The notes below the pieces were generated by a model. The model worked only from the letters and a program-made list of their open reading frames with translations, made no database searches and was not told the DNA's origin. From Flavobacteriales bacterium (GTDB lineage: Bacteria; Bacteroidota; Bacteroidia; NS11-12g; UBA9320): a stretch of 64,000 nucleotides of DNA. The position numbers and the translations under genes were made by a program. Below, in pieces: positions 10,015 through 21,514 of the stretch; position 1 is the stretch's first letter, and every line of letters begins with the position of its first letter. The stretch spans positions 159,429 through 223,428 of the forward strand of contig JACJZV010000004.1 in the NCBI GenBank assembly GCA_020635395.1, in the 5' to 3' direction.

Positions 10015-11381
10015 GGTTTCAAAATGGTTTTTATAGGTTCAATAAGTCTATCAATATCTCCTGCACCGAGGGTTAGCAAGACTTCTCGAGGGTTGTTTTG
10101 CACGGAGTCCAAAATTTGAGTTGGAGTCCATATTTTTTTATCCTGTGCTGTTATTTTGTCAAAAATTATTTGGCTGGTAATTCCCTCTATTGGCAACTCC
10201 CGAGCCGGATAGATGTCCATCAATATTACTTCATCCAACATTGACAGGCTTTCGGCAAACCCTTCCTGAAAATCACGGGTTCGGCTATACAAATGCGGCT
10301 GAAAAACTCCGGTTATTTTTTTGTTGGGAAATAATTTTTTGGCAGAGCCAATTGCGGCCTTTAATTCGGTGGGGTGATGTGCATAATCATCAATATATAT
10401 GTGCTTCTCATTTCGCACAATAAATTCAAACCGCCGTTTCACTCCCTTAAAATTGGCCAAAGCCTTCCGCAAATCATTTTCCGAAATTCCCATTTTTAGT
10501 GCCAAAACAGAGGCAGCCACAGCATTTTCCACATTATGGATTCCAGCCATACCAAGGGTCAAAAGCCTAAAAATTTCGTTTTCGTAAACCAAATCAAAAA
10601 CAAATTTCCCGTCGTTAATATGCACGTTTTGAGCCGAATAATGACCATAATTAATGCCGTAGGTTGTGGCTCGTTCAAAATGATGTTTTATGCTGTGATG
10701 CACCAACAACAAACCATCGGGATTTACCCTTTCTCCAAATGCTTGAAACGATTTCAGCATTTCATCGGCACTACCATAAATATCCAAATGGTCAGCATCT
10801 ACGCTGGTAATAACCGCATACTTGGGTGACAAATGCAAAAACGACCGATCAAACTCATCGGCTTCGGTAATGCTGATAACCGGTTTGGCGGGTATGATGG
10901 TGTTGTGATAATTGCTGTTAAAATTGCTCGAAATGCCCCCTAAAAAAGCTACTGAAGGCACCCCTGCCTCATTGAGAATGTGGGCTAACAAAGTACTGGT
11001 GGTCGTTTTTCCGTGGGTTCCGGCCACAGACAAGTTCAGACTATTTTGAGTAATTAATCCCAAAGCCTTTGCTCTCTTCATAAATGGCAATCCCGATTGT
11101 TCCAAGGCTGTCTTCAACTTTAAATCTGGCGGAACGGCTGGGGTATAAATCGCCAAAAAATTAGACTGATTTGCTGATGAAAGAATAGTTGACAACCATT
11201 CCAAATTATCTTCAAAAACAACCTCAATTCCCTCTTTTTGAAGTTGTTGGGTTAATGTTGTTTCGGTTTTGTCGTAACCAAAAACCTGTATATCCAAACT
11301 TTTGAAATAGCGTGCAAGTGCCGACATACCTATGCCACCCACACCCAAAAATAGCACCCTATGTAGTTTGTCAAAATTCAC
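10011..11381 (-). CDS. murC: UDP-N-acetylmuramate--L-alanine ligase
   Basis: FLGVGGIGMSALA and AGTHGKTTTS Mur ligase motifs, plus dcw position. Confidence 0.95.
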   Translation of the reverse strand: MNFDKLHRVLFLGVGGIGMSALARYFKSLDIQVFGYDKTETTLTQQLQKEGIEVVFEDNLEWLSTILSSANQSNFLAIYTPAVPPDLKLKTALEQSGLPFMKRAKALGLITQNSLNLSVAGTHGKTTTSTLLAHILNEAGVPSVAFLGGISSNFNSNYHNTIIPAKPVISITEADEFDRSFLHLSPKYAVITSVDADHLDIYGSADEMLKSFQAFGERVNPDGLLLVHHSIKHHFERATTYGINYGHYSAQNVHINDGKFVFDLVYENEIFRLLTLGMAGIHNVENAVAASVLALKMGISENDLRKALANFKGVKRRFEFIVRNEKHIYIDDYAHHPTELKAAIGSAKKLFPNKKITGVFQPHLYSRTRDFQEGFAESLSMLDEVILMDIYPARELPIEGITSQIIFDKITAQDKKIWTPTQILDSVQNNPREVLLTLGAGDIDRLIEPIKTILKP

Positions 11382-12448
11382 TTTATAAGTTTTTCAATTT
11401 CTGCTACTATTTCATCTGTGGCATTGGGTTTGGCCATGCTTAAAATGTTTTTTTCCAAAAGATTTACTTTTGCCTTATCTGCAATTAACTGCATGGCCAC
11501 AGGCACCAACTTATCGCCAGCCTCGCTGTCTTTAACCAAAATGGCAGCACCCTTTTGCACCAAAGCTATTGCGTTTTTGGTTTGATGATCTTCTGTAACG
11601 TTGGGCGATGGAACCAAAATAGATGCCTTGCCCAGAGCCGCCAATTCCGACAAGCTGGATGCACCGGCACGCGAAATAACAATATCTGCCGCCCGATAAG
11701 CCATGTCCATTTCGGTAATAAAAGTGGTTTGCATTCCAAAAACTTTGTTTTGGGCGGTGTATGATTTTCCGGTTTGCCAAATTATTTGAATATCATTTTT
11801 TTCAAATAATTCAAGATTCGATTCAATGGCTTTGTTTATAGTTCTTGCACCTAAACTACCGCCAATAATGAGCATGGTCGGTTTATCTTGAAGTCCAAAA
11901 AACTGTTTTGCCTCTATCGGGGTTTTGGTGCAATCCAACAATTGCTGACGAATGGGATTTCCGGTAATTGCGATTTTTTGCTTCGCAAAAAATCGCTCCA
12001 TACCATCAAATGCAACGCATATTCTATCTGCCTTTTTTGCCAATAATTTATTGGTTATGCCGGGATAGCTGTTTTGTTCTTGAATAATCGTAGGTATTCC
12101 TAATTTGTTGGCCACATATAATAAAGGCCCACTTGCAAATCCGCCAACACCCACCACTACTTGAGGTTTATTTCGTTTTATTATAGTATATGATTTAATT
12201 ATGCTTGAAATCAACTTAAACGGAAATGCAAAATTTTTCAAACTGATTTTTCGGTCGATACCACTAATCCAGAGCCCATAGATTTTGAATCCCGCCTCCG
12301 GCACTTTTTGCATTTCCATTTTATCCTTTGCCCCTACAAACTCAATTTTGGCATCCGGATATTTTTGTTGCAATGCTTTTCCGATGGCCAAAGCGGGAAA
12401 AATATGACCACCTGTTCCACCACCTGATATTAGAAAACTACTGCTCAT
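11378..12448 (-). CDS. murG: undecaprenyldiphospho-muramoylpentapeptide beta-N-acetylglucosaminyltransferase
   Basis: N-terminal GGGTGGHIFPALA motif, 356 aa, dcw position. Confidence 0.95.
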   Translation of the reverse strand: MSSSFLISGGGTGGHIFPALAIGKALQQKYPDAKIEFVGAKDKMEMQKVPEAGFKIYGLWISGIDRKISLKNFAFPFKLISSIIKSYTIIKRNKPQVVVGVGGFASGPLLYVANKLGIPTIIQEQNSYPGITNKLLAKKADRICVAFDGMERFFAKQKIAITGNPIRQQLLDCTKTPIEAKQFFGLQDKPTMLIIGGSLGARTINKAIESNLELFEKNDIQIIWQTGKSYTAQNKVFGMQTTFITEMDMAYRAADIVISRAGASSLSELAALGKASILVPSPNVTEDHQTKNAIALVQKGAAILVKDSEAGDKLVPVAMQLIADKAKVNLLEKNILSMAKPNATDEIVAEIEKLIK

Positions 12449-13604
12449 GTTGCTCTGTTTTAACTTGATTTTGGGTTTGTCGGCTCACGCTCAAAATAAT
12501 ACCCATGGCAATACTGGTAAAAAGCAAACTGGTTCCGCCCATGCTTACAAATGGCAACGGCAAACCTGTATTGGGCAATAAGCTAACGGCCACACCCATA
12601 TTCATAAATGCCTGAATAACGAGGGCAAATGATAGCCCAATGGCCAGCAATGCCCCAAATGCTTTGGGTGCATTTATTACAATTTTTACGGTTCGCCATA
12701 GCAGCACCAAATACAAAAGCATTAAAACGATTCCACCCAGCAATCCGTATTCTTCAATAATGATGGCATAAATAAAATCGGAGAATGCCAATGGCAAAAA
12801 GTTACGTTGATCGCTTTTGCCCGAGCCTTTGCCGATAAGTTTTCCTTTGGCAATGGCAATATTGGCTTGCTCGTTTTGATAACTCAGGGTTTTATCCTTT
12901 CCCTGAGCAAAATCAACGTAGTTTTCAATTCTCGATTTCCAAGTGGCAATCCGACCACCCTCGTATTTTGTATTGAGCAACACCACAATTATTAATGCGA
13001 GCACCACCGACCCCACACCAAACAACGCCCCAAGATATTTCATAGGTATTCTTCCTATAAAAAGTAGCAACAAGGAGGTGGCAAACAAAACTACTGCAGT
13101 GGACAAGTTGGCCACACCAATAAATCCGCATACCAACACAATTACAATGAGTACGGGCAAAAATGTTTTCTTAAAACTACCAATATTCTCTTGCCGTTTT
13201 GACAGAAAATGAGCGATGTACATTATTAGAGTAAGCTTTGCGAAATCGGATGATTGAAAGGTAAGGCCAACACCCGGAATGGTTATCCAACGTTTTGCCG
13301 AATTGACACCAACTCCAAAAACTAATGTATATATGAGCAGCAAAATGGCAGGATAAACCAAAAACTGAGCCGGACGTGAGTAATACTGAAAATCGACCAA
13401 ATGTGTGAGCCACATCAAAAAGAAACCCATAAATAAAATGCCGCAATGCTTTATCAGAAAATACTCTGTATTGCCTCCCTGTTTGATGTATGCCAATGCA
13501 CTGGTAGAGCTATAAATAGCCAACACACCCCACAAAGAAAGGGCAGTAACGACCAACCAAATTATTCGGTCGCCTTTGATATTTTCTTTAAACCATTGAA
13601 ACAC
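12438..13604 (-). CDS. ftsW: FtsW/RodA/SpoVE family peptidoglycan glycosyltransferase
   Basis: Polytopic membrane protein of 388 aa with a SEDS-type C-terminus (LPLPFVSMGGTSLL). Lies between murD and murG. Confidence 0.9.
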   Translation of the reverse strand: MFQWFKENIKGDRIIWLVVTALSLWGVLAIYSSTSALAYIKQGGNTEYFLIKHCGILFMGFFLMWLTHLVDFQYYSRPAQFLVYPAILLLIYTLVFGVGVNSAKRWITIPGVGLTFQSSDFAKLTLIMYIAHFLSKRQENIGSFKKTFLPVLIVIVLVCGFIGVANLSTAVVLFATSLLLLFIGRIPMKYLGALFGVGSVVLALIIVVLLNTKYEGGRIATWKSRIENYVDFAQGKDKTLSYQNEQANIAIAKGKLIGKGSGKSDQRNFLPLAFSDFIYAIIIEEYGLLGGIVLMLLYLVLLWRTVKIVINAPKAFGALLAIGLSFALVIQAFMNMGVAVSLLPNTGLPLPFVSMGGTSLLFTSIAMGIILSVSRQTQNQVKTEQHEQ

Positions 13605-13616
13605 TTTTTATGGTTC

Positions 13617-14957
13617 TTAAAGATTTCTAACTTCGTATTTAAACTGACGGCCACGGTCTTCGTAGCTCTCAAACAAATCGAAACTGGCACAGGCTGGAGA
13701 TAGCAGAACAACTTCATCGCGTTTTGCCAAACCGTTGGCCATTTGTACCGCTTCTTTGGCTGACAGGGTGTTTACTACCATATCCACATGTTTTGAAAAG
13801 GCCTGATGCAAAGCAATGTTATTTTTGCCCAAACAAATCAAAATGCGAACCTTGTCTTTTACCAATGGCAAAAGCAAATCATAATCATTCCCTTTGTCGA
13901 TGCCACCGGCAATCCAAACAACAGATTTTTTCATGCTCTCCAAAGCATACCATGCCGAATTAACGTTGGTGGCCTTGCTGTCGTTGATATAATCAACGCC
14001 TTTTACCGTTGCCACATACTCCAAACGATGTTCAACGTTTTTAAAATCCATCAGACTCTCCCGAATCACTTCGTTTCTGATGAGTAAAGAGTTGGCAACA
14101 ATAGAAGCCGCCATTGAGTTGTAGGTGTTGTGCTTACCACTAATTGTAAGTTGATTCAAATCCATACTAAAACTAATTTTTGGTTGATATAAATTGATGT
14201 GAAATGCTATGTCGTCGGCCCATGCTCCCGGATTGTGCTGTGTGTTGAGCGAAAAAGGAATGCATTGTGCCTTTAGGTTTGTTTTGGAGAAATAATTCAT
14301 CAAATCTTCTGAATCAGAACAATAGATAAATCGGTCATCTTCCGTTTGATTTTGGGTAATTCTAAATTTGGATTTTATGTAATCATCATACGTAGCGTAT
14401 CGGTCGAGATGGTCAGGCGTAATATTCAGCAACACTGCATAGTTTATGCGGGTTTCGAACATTAAATCAAGCTGAAAACTGCTTAATTCAATAACATAAT
14501 GGGTAAAATCATTTTGAGCTACCTGTCTGGCCATGCTTTGTCCTACGTTTCCGGCCAATCCCACTTTTAATCCGGCTTTTTTCAGCAAATGGTAGGTCAA
14601 CATGGTGGTGGTCGTTTTCCCGTTTGTTCCAGTAATACCAATAAGTATCGCGTTGGTGTTTTTGGCTGCAAACTCTATTTCCGAAATCATCGGGATTCCT
14701 TTGGAGATAATAGATTGAATTATTGGAGCTTTTGGCGGAATACCGGGGCTAACAATAACCACATCTGCGTTTAATATTTTTTCTTCGGTATGCGTTCCAG
14801 ACTCAAACTCGATGTTGTTTTGGTTTAACTCGGAAGTATACTTATCTTTGATTTTCCCAAAATCAGAAACAAAAACCGAATGTCTCAAATGCTTGGCCAA
14901 AATCGCTGCTCCTGTTCCGCTTTCGCCTGCTCCCAATATGACGGTTCTTGTGGTCAT
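13617..14957 (-). CDS. murD: UDP-N-acetylmuramoyl-L-alanine--D-glutamate ligase
   Basis: ILGAGESGTGAA and [12 protein letters not shown] motifs, plus dcw position. Confidence 0.95.
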   Translation of the reverse strand: MTTRTVILGAGESGTGAAILAKHLRHSVFVSDFGKIKDKYTSELNQNNIEFESGTHTEEKILNADVVIVSPGIPPKAPIIQSIISKGIPMISEIEFAAKNTNAILIGITGTNGKTTTTMLTYHLLKKAGLKVGLAGNVGQSMARQVAQNDFTHYVIELSSFQLDLMFETRINYAVLLNITPDHLDRYATYDDYIKSKFRITQNQTEDDRFIYCSDSEDLMNYFSKTNLKAQCIPFSLNTQHNPGAWADDIAFHINLYQPKISFSMDLNQLTISGKHNTYNSMAASIVANSLLIRNEVIRESLMDFKNVEHRLEYVATVKGVDYINDSKATNVNSAWYALESMKKSVVWIAGGIDKGNDYDLLLPLVKDKVRILICLGKNNIALHQAFSKHVDMVVNTLSAKEAVQMANGLAKRDEVVLLSPACASFDLFESYEDRGRQFKYEVRNL

Positions 14958-16216
14958 TATCTTAGCTTAAAAGTTATGATGGTTAATGCCGCCAGCATAA
15001 TGCCCACAATCCAAAATCGGGTAACAATCTTGGGTTCGGCATAGCCTTTTTTCTGAAAATGATGATGAAGCGGAGACATCAGGAAAATGCGTTTTCCTTC
15101 CCCGTATTTTTTCTTGGTATATTTAAAATAGCCCACTTGTAGCACCACGCTCAAATTTTCGGCTAAAAAGATTCCGCAAAGAATAGGGATGAGCAATTCT
15201 TTGCGAAGCATGATGGCAAAAACAGCAATGATACCTCCCAATGCAAGGCTACCCGTATCGCCCATAAAAACTTGTGCCGGATAGGAATTGTACCACAAAA
15301 AACCGATGCACGCCCCAACAAATGCCGCCCCAAAGATGACAAGCTCGCTTTGGAATGGAATGAACATTACTTTTAGATAATCGGCAAAAATGGCATTGCC
15401 CGATATGTAGGCCAGCACCACCAGAGTCAGCCCAATAATAGCACTGGTTCCCGCTGCCAAGCCGTCTATTCCGTCGGTTAAATTTGCCGCATTGCTAACA
15501 GCAATAATGATGAAGGTGACAATGAGTACATAGACAATCCATGCGTATTTTTTTGCTGTTTCTTTGTCAAGAAAAAACAGTATTTCGGCATAATCGAATT
15601 GATGGGTTTTAATAAATGGAATGGTCGTGGCAGTTGATTTTTGATCGAGCACATAAATGGTTTGACCGAGCTCGTTTTGTGTGGTATGGCTTGCATTTTC
15701 AATTATTTGAGGGGTAGCATTTCGCTGATTGACAAATTCACGCACCACCACCTCGTCATTGAAATAAAGCGTTAACCCAATAATCAACCCCAACCCAAGT
15801 TGGCCTATAATTTTAAACCTTCCGGCTAAGCCTTCTTTATCTTTTTTAAATACCTTTATATAATCATCTAAAAACCCAATAAGACCCAACCAAACAGTGG
15901 AAACAAGCATAAGAATGATGTAAATATTCCTGAATCGGGCAAAAAGTAGGGTTGGAATAATGATGGCCGCCAAAATGATTAGCCCGCCCATTGTGGGTGT
16001 ACCTTTTTTAGTATTTTCTCCCTCAAGACCCAACTGTCTGATGGTTTCACCAACTTGTTTTTTATGCAAAAGGGCAATCAGCCTTTTGCCGTAAACCAAA
16101 CTAATGGTTAAAGAAAGCAGTATAGCCAAAATGGCTCTAAAAGAACTGTATTCAAAGGCTCCGGCACCGGGAATATGAAATGAATTTTCGAGGTATCTAA
16201 ACAAATAATACAGCAT
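14957..16216 (-). CDS. mraY: phospho-N-acetylmuramoyl-pentapeptide transferase
   Basis: Polytopic membrane protein with [10 protein letters not shown] and [11 protein letters not shown] motifs. Confidence 0.95.
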   Translation of the reverse strand: MLYYLFRYLENSFHIPGAGAFEYSSFRAILAILLSLTISLVYGKRLIALLHKKQVGETIRQLGLEGENTKKGTPTMGGLIILAAIIIPTLLFARFRNIYIILMLVSTVWLGLIGFLDDYIKVFKKDKEGLAGRFKIIGQLGLGLIIGLTLYFNDEVVVREFVNQRNATPQIIENASHTTQNELGQTIYVLDQKSTATTIPFIKTHQFDYAEILFFLDKETAKKYAWIVYVLIVTFIIIAVSNAANLTDGIDGLAAGTSAIIGLTLVVLAYISGNAIFADYLKVMFIPFQSELVIFGAAFVGACIGFLWYNSYPAQVFMGDTGSLALGGIIAVFAIMLRKELLIPILCGIFLAENLSVVLQVGYFKYTKKKYGEGKRIFLMSPLHHHFQKKGYAEPKIVTRFWIVGIMLAALTIITFKLR

Positions 16217-16220
16217 ATTT

Positions 16221-17681
16221 TTAAGACATTAGGGTTGCATTTTTTATGAAAATCTGACGGTCGTCGAAAGGGTATTTCACACCTTTTATTTCCTGATAGG
16301 TTTCGTGCCCTTTCCCAGCTAATAGAATGATGTCTCCAGCTTTGGCAAGACTTATGGCCGTTTTTATGGCTTCCTCCCTATCCGTTATTTTAAGTGTTTT
16401 TTTATAGTGTTGAGGTTCTACCCCGGTTTGCATATCGGCCAAAATTGCCTCGGGGTTTTCATTTCGGGGATTGTCGGAGGTTAGAATGACCTTATCTCCC
16501 AATTCGCAAGCCACTTTGGCCATTATAGGTCTTTTTTCATGGTCGCGATTTCCCCCACAACCAACTACAGTAATCAGTTGTTCGTTTTTGCTTCGAATGG
16601 CATTTATGGTTTCCAACACATTTTGCAAAGCATCGGGTGTATGGGCATAATCCACCACTCCAATTATTCCTTGAGGAGTTTTGATGTATTCAAACCTACC
16701 AGAAACAGCATGCAACAAGGTAAGTGTGGTTATGATTTCTTCCGAAGATTTGCCTAACAAAAAGGCAACACTGTACACCAACAACAAGTTGTACGCATTA
16801 AATTTTCCCACCAAATGATACCACGCCTCTTTGTTGTCGATTTCTAACAACATTCCATTAAAGTCATGTTCTATAATTCGAGCCTTAAAATCGCTGGCAG
16901 AGTGTAAAGAGTAACTGTATTTAGCAGCCCGACAATTTTGAAGCATGAATAATCCATTTTTGTCGTCCTTATTGGTAATGGCAATGCTATCGGCGGCCAA
17001 ACCATCAAACAACTGCTTTTTGACATTTCGGTAGTTTGCAAAATTTTCGTGATAATCAAGGTGGTCGTGGGTAATGTTTGTAAAGGCTGCCAACTTAAAC
17101 TTTAGCCCTCCTACCCTATGCTGATGAATGGCGTGCGAACTAACCTCCATAAACACATATTGGCAACCCTGCGAAACCATTTCAGCCAAAAGCCGATTGA
17201 GTGTTATGGCATCAGGCGTGGTATGCGTTGCCGGAATTGTTTGTTCGTTTATTTTATTCTCGACCGTGCTTAGCAAGCCCACCGAGTGTCCAAAAGTTTT
17301 AAATAAATTAAATAAAAGGGTAGCCACAGTTGTTTTTCCGTTCGTGCCAGTTACCCCCACCAATTCTATTTTCTCGCTCGGATTGTCAAAATAATTGGCA
17401 GCCAACTTGCCAAGAAACAACCCAGAATCTGCACAAACAATATAGGTAACCCCTTTCTCAATGTTTTCAGGCAACTGCTGACAAACAATGGCTTTTGCCC
17501 CCTTTTCTACGGCTGTTTTTATGTAGCCGTGTCCGTCGGTAAGGCTACCAACCACAGCCACAAAAACATCTCCTGCAGAAATCTTTCGCGAATCAAGCTC
17601 GAGGTTATTAATTTCTATATCGCTGTTTCCAACAATGTCAAAATCAATTTCTTTGGGCAATATTTGTATTAACTTTTTCAT
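16221..17681 (-). CDS. murE: UDP-N-acetylmuramoyl-L-alanyl-D-glutamate--2,6-diaminopimelate ligase
   Basis: [11 protein letters not shown]-loop and the DNPR motif (TSDNPRNE) typical of meso-DAP-adding MurE. Confidence 0.93.
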   Translation of the reverse strand: MKKLIQILPKEIDFDIVGNSDIEINNLELDSRKISAGDVFVAVVGSLTDGHGYIKTAVEKGAKAIVCQQLPENIEKGVTYIVCADSGLFLGKLAANYFDNPSEKIELVGVTGTNGKTTVATLLFNLFKTFGHSVGLLSTVENKINEQTIPATHTTPDAITLNRLLAEMVSQGCQYVFMEVSSHAIHQHRVGGLKFKLAAFTNITHDHLDYHENFANYRNVKKQLFDGLAADSIAITNKDDKNGLFMLQNCRAAKYSYSLHSASDFKARIIEHDFNGMLLEIDNKEAWYHLVGKFNAYNLLLVYSVAFLLGKSSEEIITTLTLLHAVSGRFEYIKTPQGIIGVVDYAHTPDALQNVLETINAIRSKNEQLITVVGCGGNRDHEKRPIMAKVACELGDKVILTSDNPRNENPEAILADMQTGVEPQHYKKTLKITDREEAIKTAISLAKAGDIILLAGKGHETYQEIKGVKYPFDDRQIFIKNATLMS

Positions 17682-19771
17682 GGCTTCACTCTAAGTTTTA
17701 CATAAACATTTTGCCCTTTTATGAGTGCTGTACCTTCATTAGGCCATTGCTCATAAACCTTTCCGTAGCCTGAAAAATTTAGCTTAAAACCCTCATTTTC
17801 AAACAAAACGAGGCAGTCTCGCAAACTCATTCCTTCTATATTTGGCATCTTATTGCCGTTAAACTGAATGGCTCGTTCTATCAATTCATCCGTATCGGGT
17901 TTAAGAATGATAAACTCTCTATTTTTTGAATCAAAATCGGCATCCAAATCAAATAGGGAGGTCACTTCTTTTAGCTCCCTTACCGTTCCGCAAAGCATTT
18001 TGGGCAAAGCCCCTGTGTCTGCCTTTGGCAATGGTTCGCGAACAGCATTTGCATAAATATTTTTAGCTATTTCCTTAAAAACCGGAAGTGCCACAGCAGC
18101 ACCATAGTATCTGCCTTTAGTGGGCCGGCTTACCAAAACCAACAGAGTATATTGAGGCTTATCGGCAGGAAAATACCCAATAAAACTACTGTTGTATGCA
18201 TTTTTTTCATAACCTGCAGCTCCCGAAATTCGGGCTGTTCCGGTTTTGCCTGCCACGGTAAAGGGCAGATTTTTGAGGTCGGTTGCTGTTCCATTTTGAA
18301 CAACGCCCTCCAACAAAGCTCTCAAATCCTTTAGGGTAGATGACTTACATATTTTTGATTCAATAACGGTTGGTTCAAAGGTGGCATCCACCATACCCAA
18401 TGAGCCGATTTTTGAAATGAGGTAGGGTTTCATCATTTTGCCATTGTTGGCCACGGCATTGTAAAGCATTGCCACATGCAGCGGACTCATTGCCACGGAA
18501 TAGCCAATGGAGGTTGACGGCACTCCCATGCCAGACCACCCAGGTTTGCCGGGTCGCAATATTTTGGGATGGGCCTCGCCATTCATGCCGGTTTCAAGAG
18601 GGGTGGTTAGATGCAACTCATCAAAATATTCTATAAATTTTTCTGGCGATTTACCAAAAACATCGTACGCTGTTCGAGAAATACCCACGTTTGACGATTT
18701 CTCAAATACTTGGCGATAGGTCAATTTTTTGAAGCTACCATGTCCCACATCCTCTATTTCATCTCTACCAAAAAACTTATACTTTCCGTAGTTTACTTCA
18801 ACAGAATCTTCCAGTTCTACCCCACCATTATCTAAACAGGCCAATGCAGAAACTAATTTTATAGTACTTCCAGGTTCGTAGTTTGTGCCAATAGCATGAT
18901 TAAACCGTTCAAAAAGTCCTTCGGGTGTCTGATTTATATTGCTTATTGCCTTTATTTTTCCAGTAGAAACTTCCAACAATATGGCGGTTCCAAATTCGGC
19001 ACCGTTGGCCAAAATACTGTTCGATAAATTTTCGGAAACAATATCCTGCAAGTGAATATCAATGGTTGTGTATATATCCTTCCCATTCTCAGGTTTTATG
19101 CTGAATTCATCCTCCACCGGCTCGTATCCTCCAACAATTCTTCGCACGTATTGCTCGCCATCTACACCCGAAAGAACCGAATCAAAACTGGCTTCTATAC
19201 CCGCCCCATGATGATTTTCATTTACAAAACCTATGGTTCGAGCCATCAAATCGAGATACGGTTTTTTTCGTTTGGTTTCTTCTTGCACAATAAGTCCACC
19301 TTTATTTTTTCCATTTAAAAAAATAGGCCAGCCCCGCATTTCCTTTACCTGAATGAAACTGGCATTTCTGATGATGGTTTTATAGCGAGTGGTAGCTCGA
19401 TAGCCTTTGGTTAAAATATCTAAATATTCTTCATAAGTCCTGTTTTTCAGCGTGTTGCAAAGATTTTTTGCCAAAAGTGGTTTGTATTGTTCAAATGAGT
19501 CTTTGTGAAATTCTTTGATTACCCCGAAATCAATAGACACCTGATAAATAGGAACAGAAGTGGCCAACAGGCTTCCATCTTCTGAATAAATACTGCCTCT
19601 TATGGCTGGCACTTTTAGCATCTTTTGATGCAGGCTATCATCTAAATCGAGCCAATAATCTCCTTTGCCATACTGAATTTTAACTGTTGAATACAAAATG
19701 GCAGCAGCCAAAAAGACAAGCATAAAAATGCTGACCAACACACGCCACAATATGTCTTTCTTTACATTCAC
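17678..19771 (-). CDS. ftsI: penicillin-binding protein 3-type transpeptidase (FtsI)
   Basis: N-terminal TM anchor, PBP dimerisation region, and transpeptidase motifs STIK (PGSTIKL) and KTGT (AGKTGTA). Confidence 0.9.
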   Translation of the reverse strand: MNVKKDILWRVLVSIFMLVFLAAAILYSTVKIQYGKGDYWLDLDDSLHQKMLKVPAIRGSIYSEDGSLLATSVPIYQVSIDFGVIKEFHKDSFEQYKPLLAKNLCNTLKNRTYEEYLDILTKGYRATTRYKTIIRNASFIQVKEMRGWPIFLNGKNKGGLIVQEETKRKKPYLDLMARTIGFVNENHHGAGIEASFDSVLSGVDGEQYVRRIVGGYEPVEDEFSIKPENGKDIYTTIDIHLQDIVSENLSNSILANGAEFGTAILLEVSTGKIKAISNINQTPEGLFERFNHAIGTNYEPGSTIKLVSALACLDNGGVELEDSVEVNYGKYKFFGRDEIEDVGHGSFKKLTYRQVFEKSSNVGISRTAYDVFGKSPEKFIEYFDELHLTTPLETGMNGEAHPKILRPGKPGWSGMGVPSTSIGYSVAMSPLHVAMLYNAVANNGKMMKPYLISKIGSLGMVDATFEPTVIESKICKSSTLKDLRALLEGVVQNGTATDLKNLPFTVAGKTGTARISGAAGYEKNAYNSSFIGYFPADKPQYTLLVLVSRPTKGRYYGAAVALPVFKEIAKNIYANAVREPLPKADTGALPKMLCGTVRELKEVTSLFDLDADFDSKNREFIILKPDTDELIERAIQFNGNKMPNIEGMSLRDCLVLFENEGFKLNFSGYGKVYEQWPNEGTALIKGQNVYVKLRVKP

Positions 19772-20100
19772 CTTTTCTTATCATTCAAGTCTATGGGCGA
19801 TTTTGAAAGCGGCTCTATTTGCCGGTCTTTTAACCTTTTTGCTACATCCGATTGTTTATTTTGCCCAACCAATTCTGATTTTAGGGTTATAAATTCCGCT
19901 CGTAGCTCTTTCAACTCTTCCTTTAGTGCCTCCACTCTTCTCAACTTTTTGTCCGATTGATGCGATATGTAGATATAGGGAAGCCCCATCAAGAGCAAAA
20001 CCAACAACACCTGAAAGACATTAGATAGAGTTAACTCTTGTTTTTCAGCATTGGCAGCCCCCTCAGTCGCGGTGTTTATATTCTCTTCTTCCTCTTTCAT
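19768..20100 (-). CDS. ftsL: FtsL-like cell division protein
   Basis: 110 aa with a single TM segment (VFQVLLVLLLMGLPYIYI) followed by a coiled-coil (LKEELKELRAEFITLKSEL). Sits between rsmH and ftsI. Called on synteny and topology. Confidence 0.6.
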   Translation of the reverse strand: MKEEEENINTATEGAANAEKQELTLSNVFQVLLVLLLMGLPYIYISHQSDKKLRRVEALKEELKELRAEFITLKSELVGQNKQSDVAKRLKDRQIEPLSKSPIDLNDKKR

Positions 20101-21011
20101 AATCTTTCGGCTATTCTTAATTTGGCACTCCTCGACCTCGGATTTTCGGCCTGTTCCTGTTCGTCTGCCACAATGGGTTTTCGGTTCACAGCGGCGAATG
20201 GCTTATCAACATTTCCAAAACTATCAGAAACCACATCACCCTCAATGTTTCCACAATTGATGAAGTTCTTCACCATTCTATCTTCCAAGCTGTGATATGA
20301 CATCACCACCAACCTCCCTCCGGGTTTTAAAACTTCTGCCGACTTTTCAAGCAAAATTTTCAGACTATTCAATTCACCGTTTACCTCAATGCGAATGGCC
20401 TGAAACAATTGAGCTAACTCTTTATTTCGTTGTTTGGCAGGTATAAACTCTTCGGCCATAGAGGCAAGTTCTCCAGTAGTCTCAATAGGCATTTGCCCCC
20501 TCCGCGAAACAATTTTTGCAGCCAGTTTTCGGGCAAACTTTACCTCGCCATACACCTTAAATATCCTATACAGCTCGGCCTCTTGATATGTATTAATAAC
20601 AGATTTTGCACTAACCGTTTGCTCTTGATTCATTCGCATATCAAGCGGTGCATCGGCTCGAAAAGAAAAACCTCTGCCGCCTTCATCTATTTGGTGTGAT
20701 GAAATACCCAAATCAGCCAAAATGCCATTGACCTTTTCAATTTCATAGAATTTCAGAAAATTCTTGATATACTGAAAATTATGATCAACAAAAATCAAAT
20801 TTGGGTGATCCTGCACCCTTTTTACGGCATCATTATCCTGATCAAAAGCAATGAGTTTGCCGGTAGTTAATTGTTTTAAAATTTCTGCCGAATGGCCACC
20901 ACCACCATACGTAGCATCCACATACACCCCATCGGGCACAATGCACAAGCCATCAAGACACTGCGTAAGCATAACCGGAATATGATATTTAGTCATCGCC
21001 ACCATCGTCAC
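20097..21011 (-). CDS. rsmH: 16S rRNA (cytosine1402-N4)-methyltransferase
   Basis: HIPVML, DATYGGGGHS and SYHSLEDR motifs. The true start may be the internal ATG at 20993 (MTKYHIPVM). Confidence 0.93.
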   Translation of the reverse strand: MTMVAMTKYHIPVMLTQCLDGLCIVPDGVYVDATYGGGGHSAEILKQLTTGKLIAFDQDNDAVKRVQDHPNLIFVDHNFQYIKNFLKFYEIEKVNGILADLGISSHQIDEGGRGFSFRADAPLDMRMNQEQTVSAKSVINTYQEAELYRIFKVYGEVKFARKLAAKIVSRRGQMPIETTGELASMAEEFIPAKQRNKELAQLFQAIRIEVNGELNSLKILLEKSAEVLKPGGRLVVMSYHSLEDRMVKNFINCGNIEGDVVSDSFGNVDKPFAAVNRKPIVADEQEQAENPRSRSAKLRIAERL

Positions 21012-21450
21012 CTCCCATTACTTCTTCGGCTAAGTCAGCATAATCATCCGGATCAATTTCCATCTGCTGATCGTAAACCTTTTTAGACCATATTTCGATT
21101 TTGTTTTCGTAGGCATAAAAAATCAAGTCAGACTCAATTTCTGCATACGCACACAACTTTTTGGGTATCAAAATCCGCGATGCTGCATCAATCTTTACCT
21201 CTGTTGCACCGCTATTAAACAGCCGCTTAAATCTCCTATCGTTTCGCTTGAAGTCGCTTAGCTTATTCAGCTTTTTGGTTTCCTCATCCCAATCGTTACG
21301 GGTATAAAGCGTCAAACATTTATCAAAGCCCCTATTTATCACCATTCGATCGAGGGCATCAGGAGGTATCTGCCGTTTTAAACCGGCAGGCACAATGGTC
21401 CGACCCTTGTCGTCCATTTTACACTCAAATTCTCCTAAATACCCTGACAT
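20989..21450 (-). CDS. mraZ: division/cell wall cluster transcriptional regulator MraZ
   Basis: MSGYLGEFECKMDDKGRTIVPAGLKRQ plus a second SpoVT/AbrB-like repeat (IDAASRILIPKKL). I place the start at ATG 21450 (153 aa) rather than the track's 21537, because the extension covers the operator repeats and is not MraZ-like. Confidence 0.9.
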   Translation of the reverse strand: MSGYLGEFECKMDDKGRTIVPAGLKRQIPPDALDRMVINRGFDKCLTLYTRNDWDEETKKLNKLSDFKRNDRRFKRLFNSGATEVKIDAASRILIPKKLCAYAEIESDLIFYAYENKIEIWSKKVYDQQMEIDPDDYADLAEEVMGGDDGGDD

Positions 21451-21489
21451 GCATGATAAAAAAATCGAGGTAAAATTACGACACACTCT

Positions 21490-21514
21490 CCCACTTTTTA
21501 CCACTATTTCCCAC
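21490..21514 (-). promoter_or_regulatory. putative MraZ operator: three GTGG(G) direct repeats at 10-bp phasing
   Basis: The reverse strand reads GTGGGaaataGTGGtaaaaaGTGGG (plus-strand CCCAC 21490-21494, CCAC 21501-21504, CCCAC 21510-21514), 40-64 nt upstream of the mraZ ATG. This matches the known MraZ site architecture of TGGGN-type repeats spaced one helical turn apart. Confidence 0.5.
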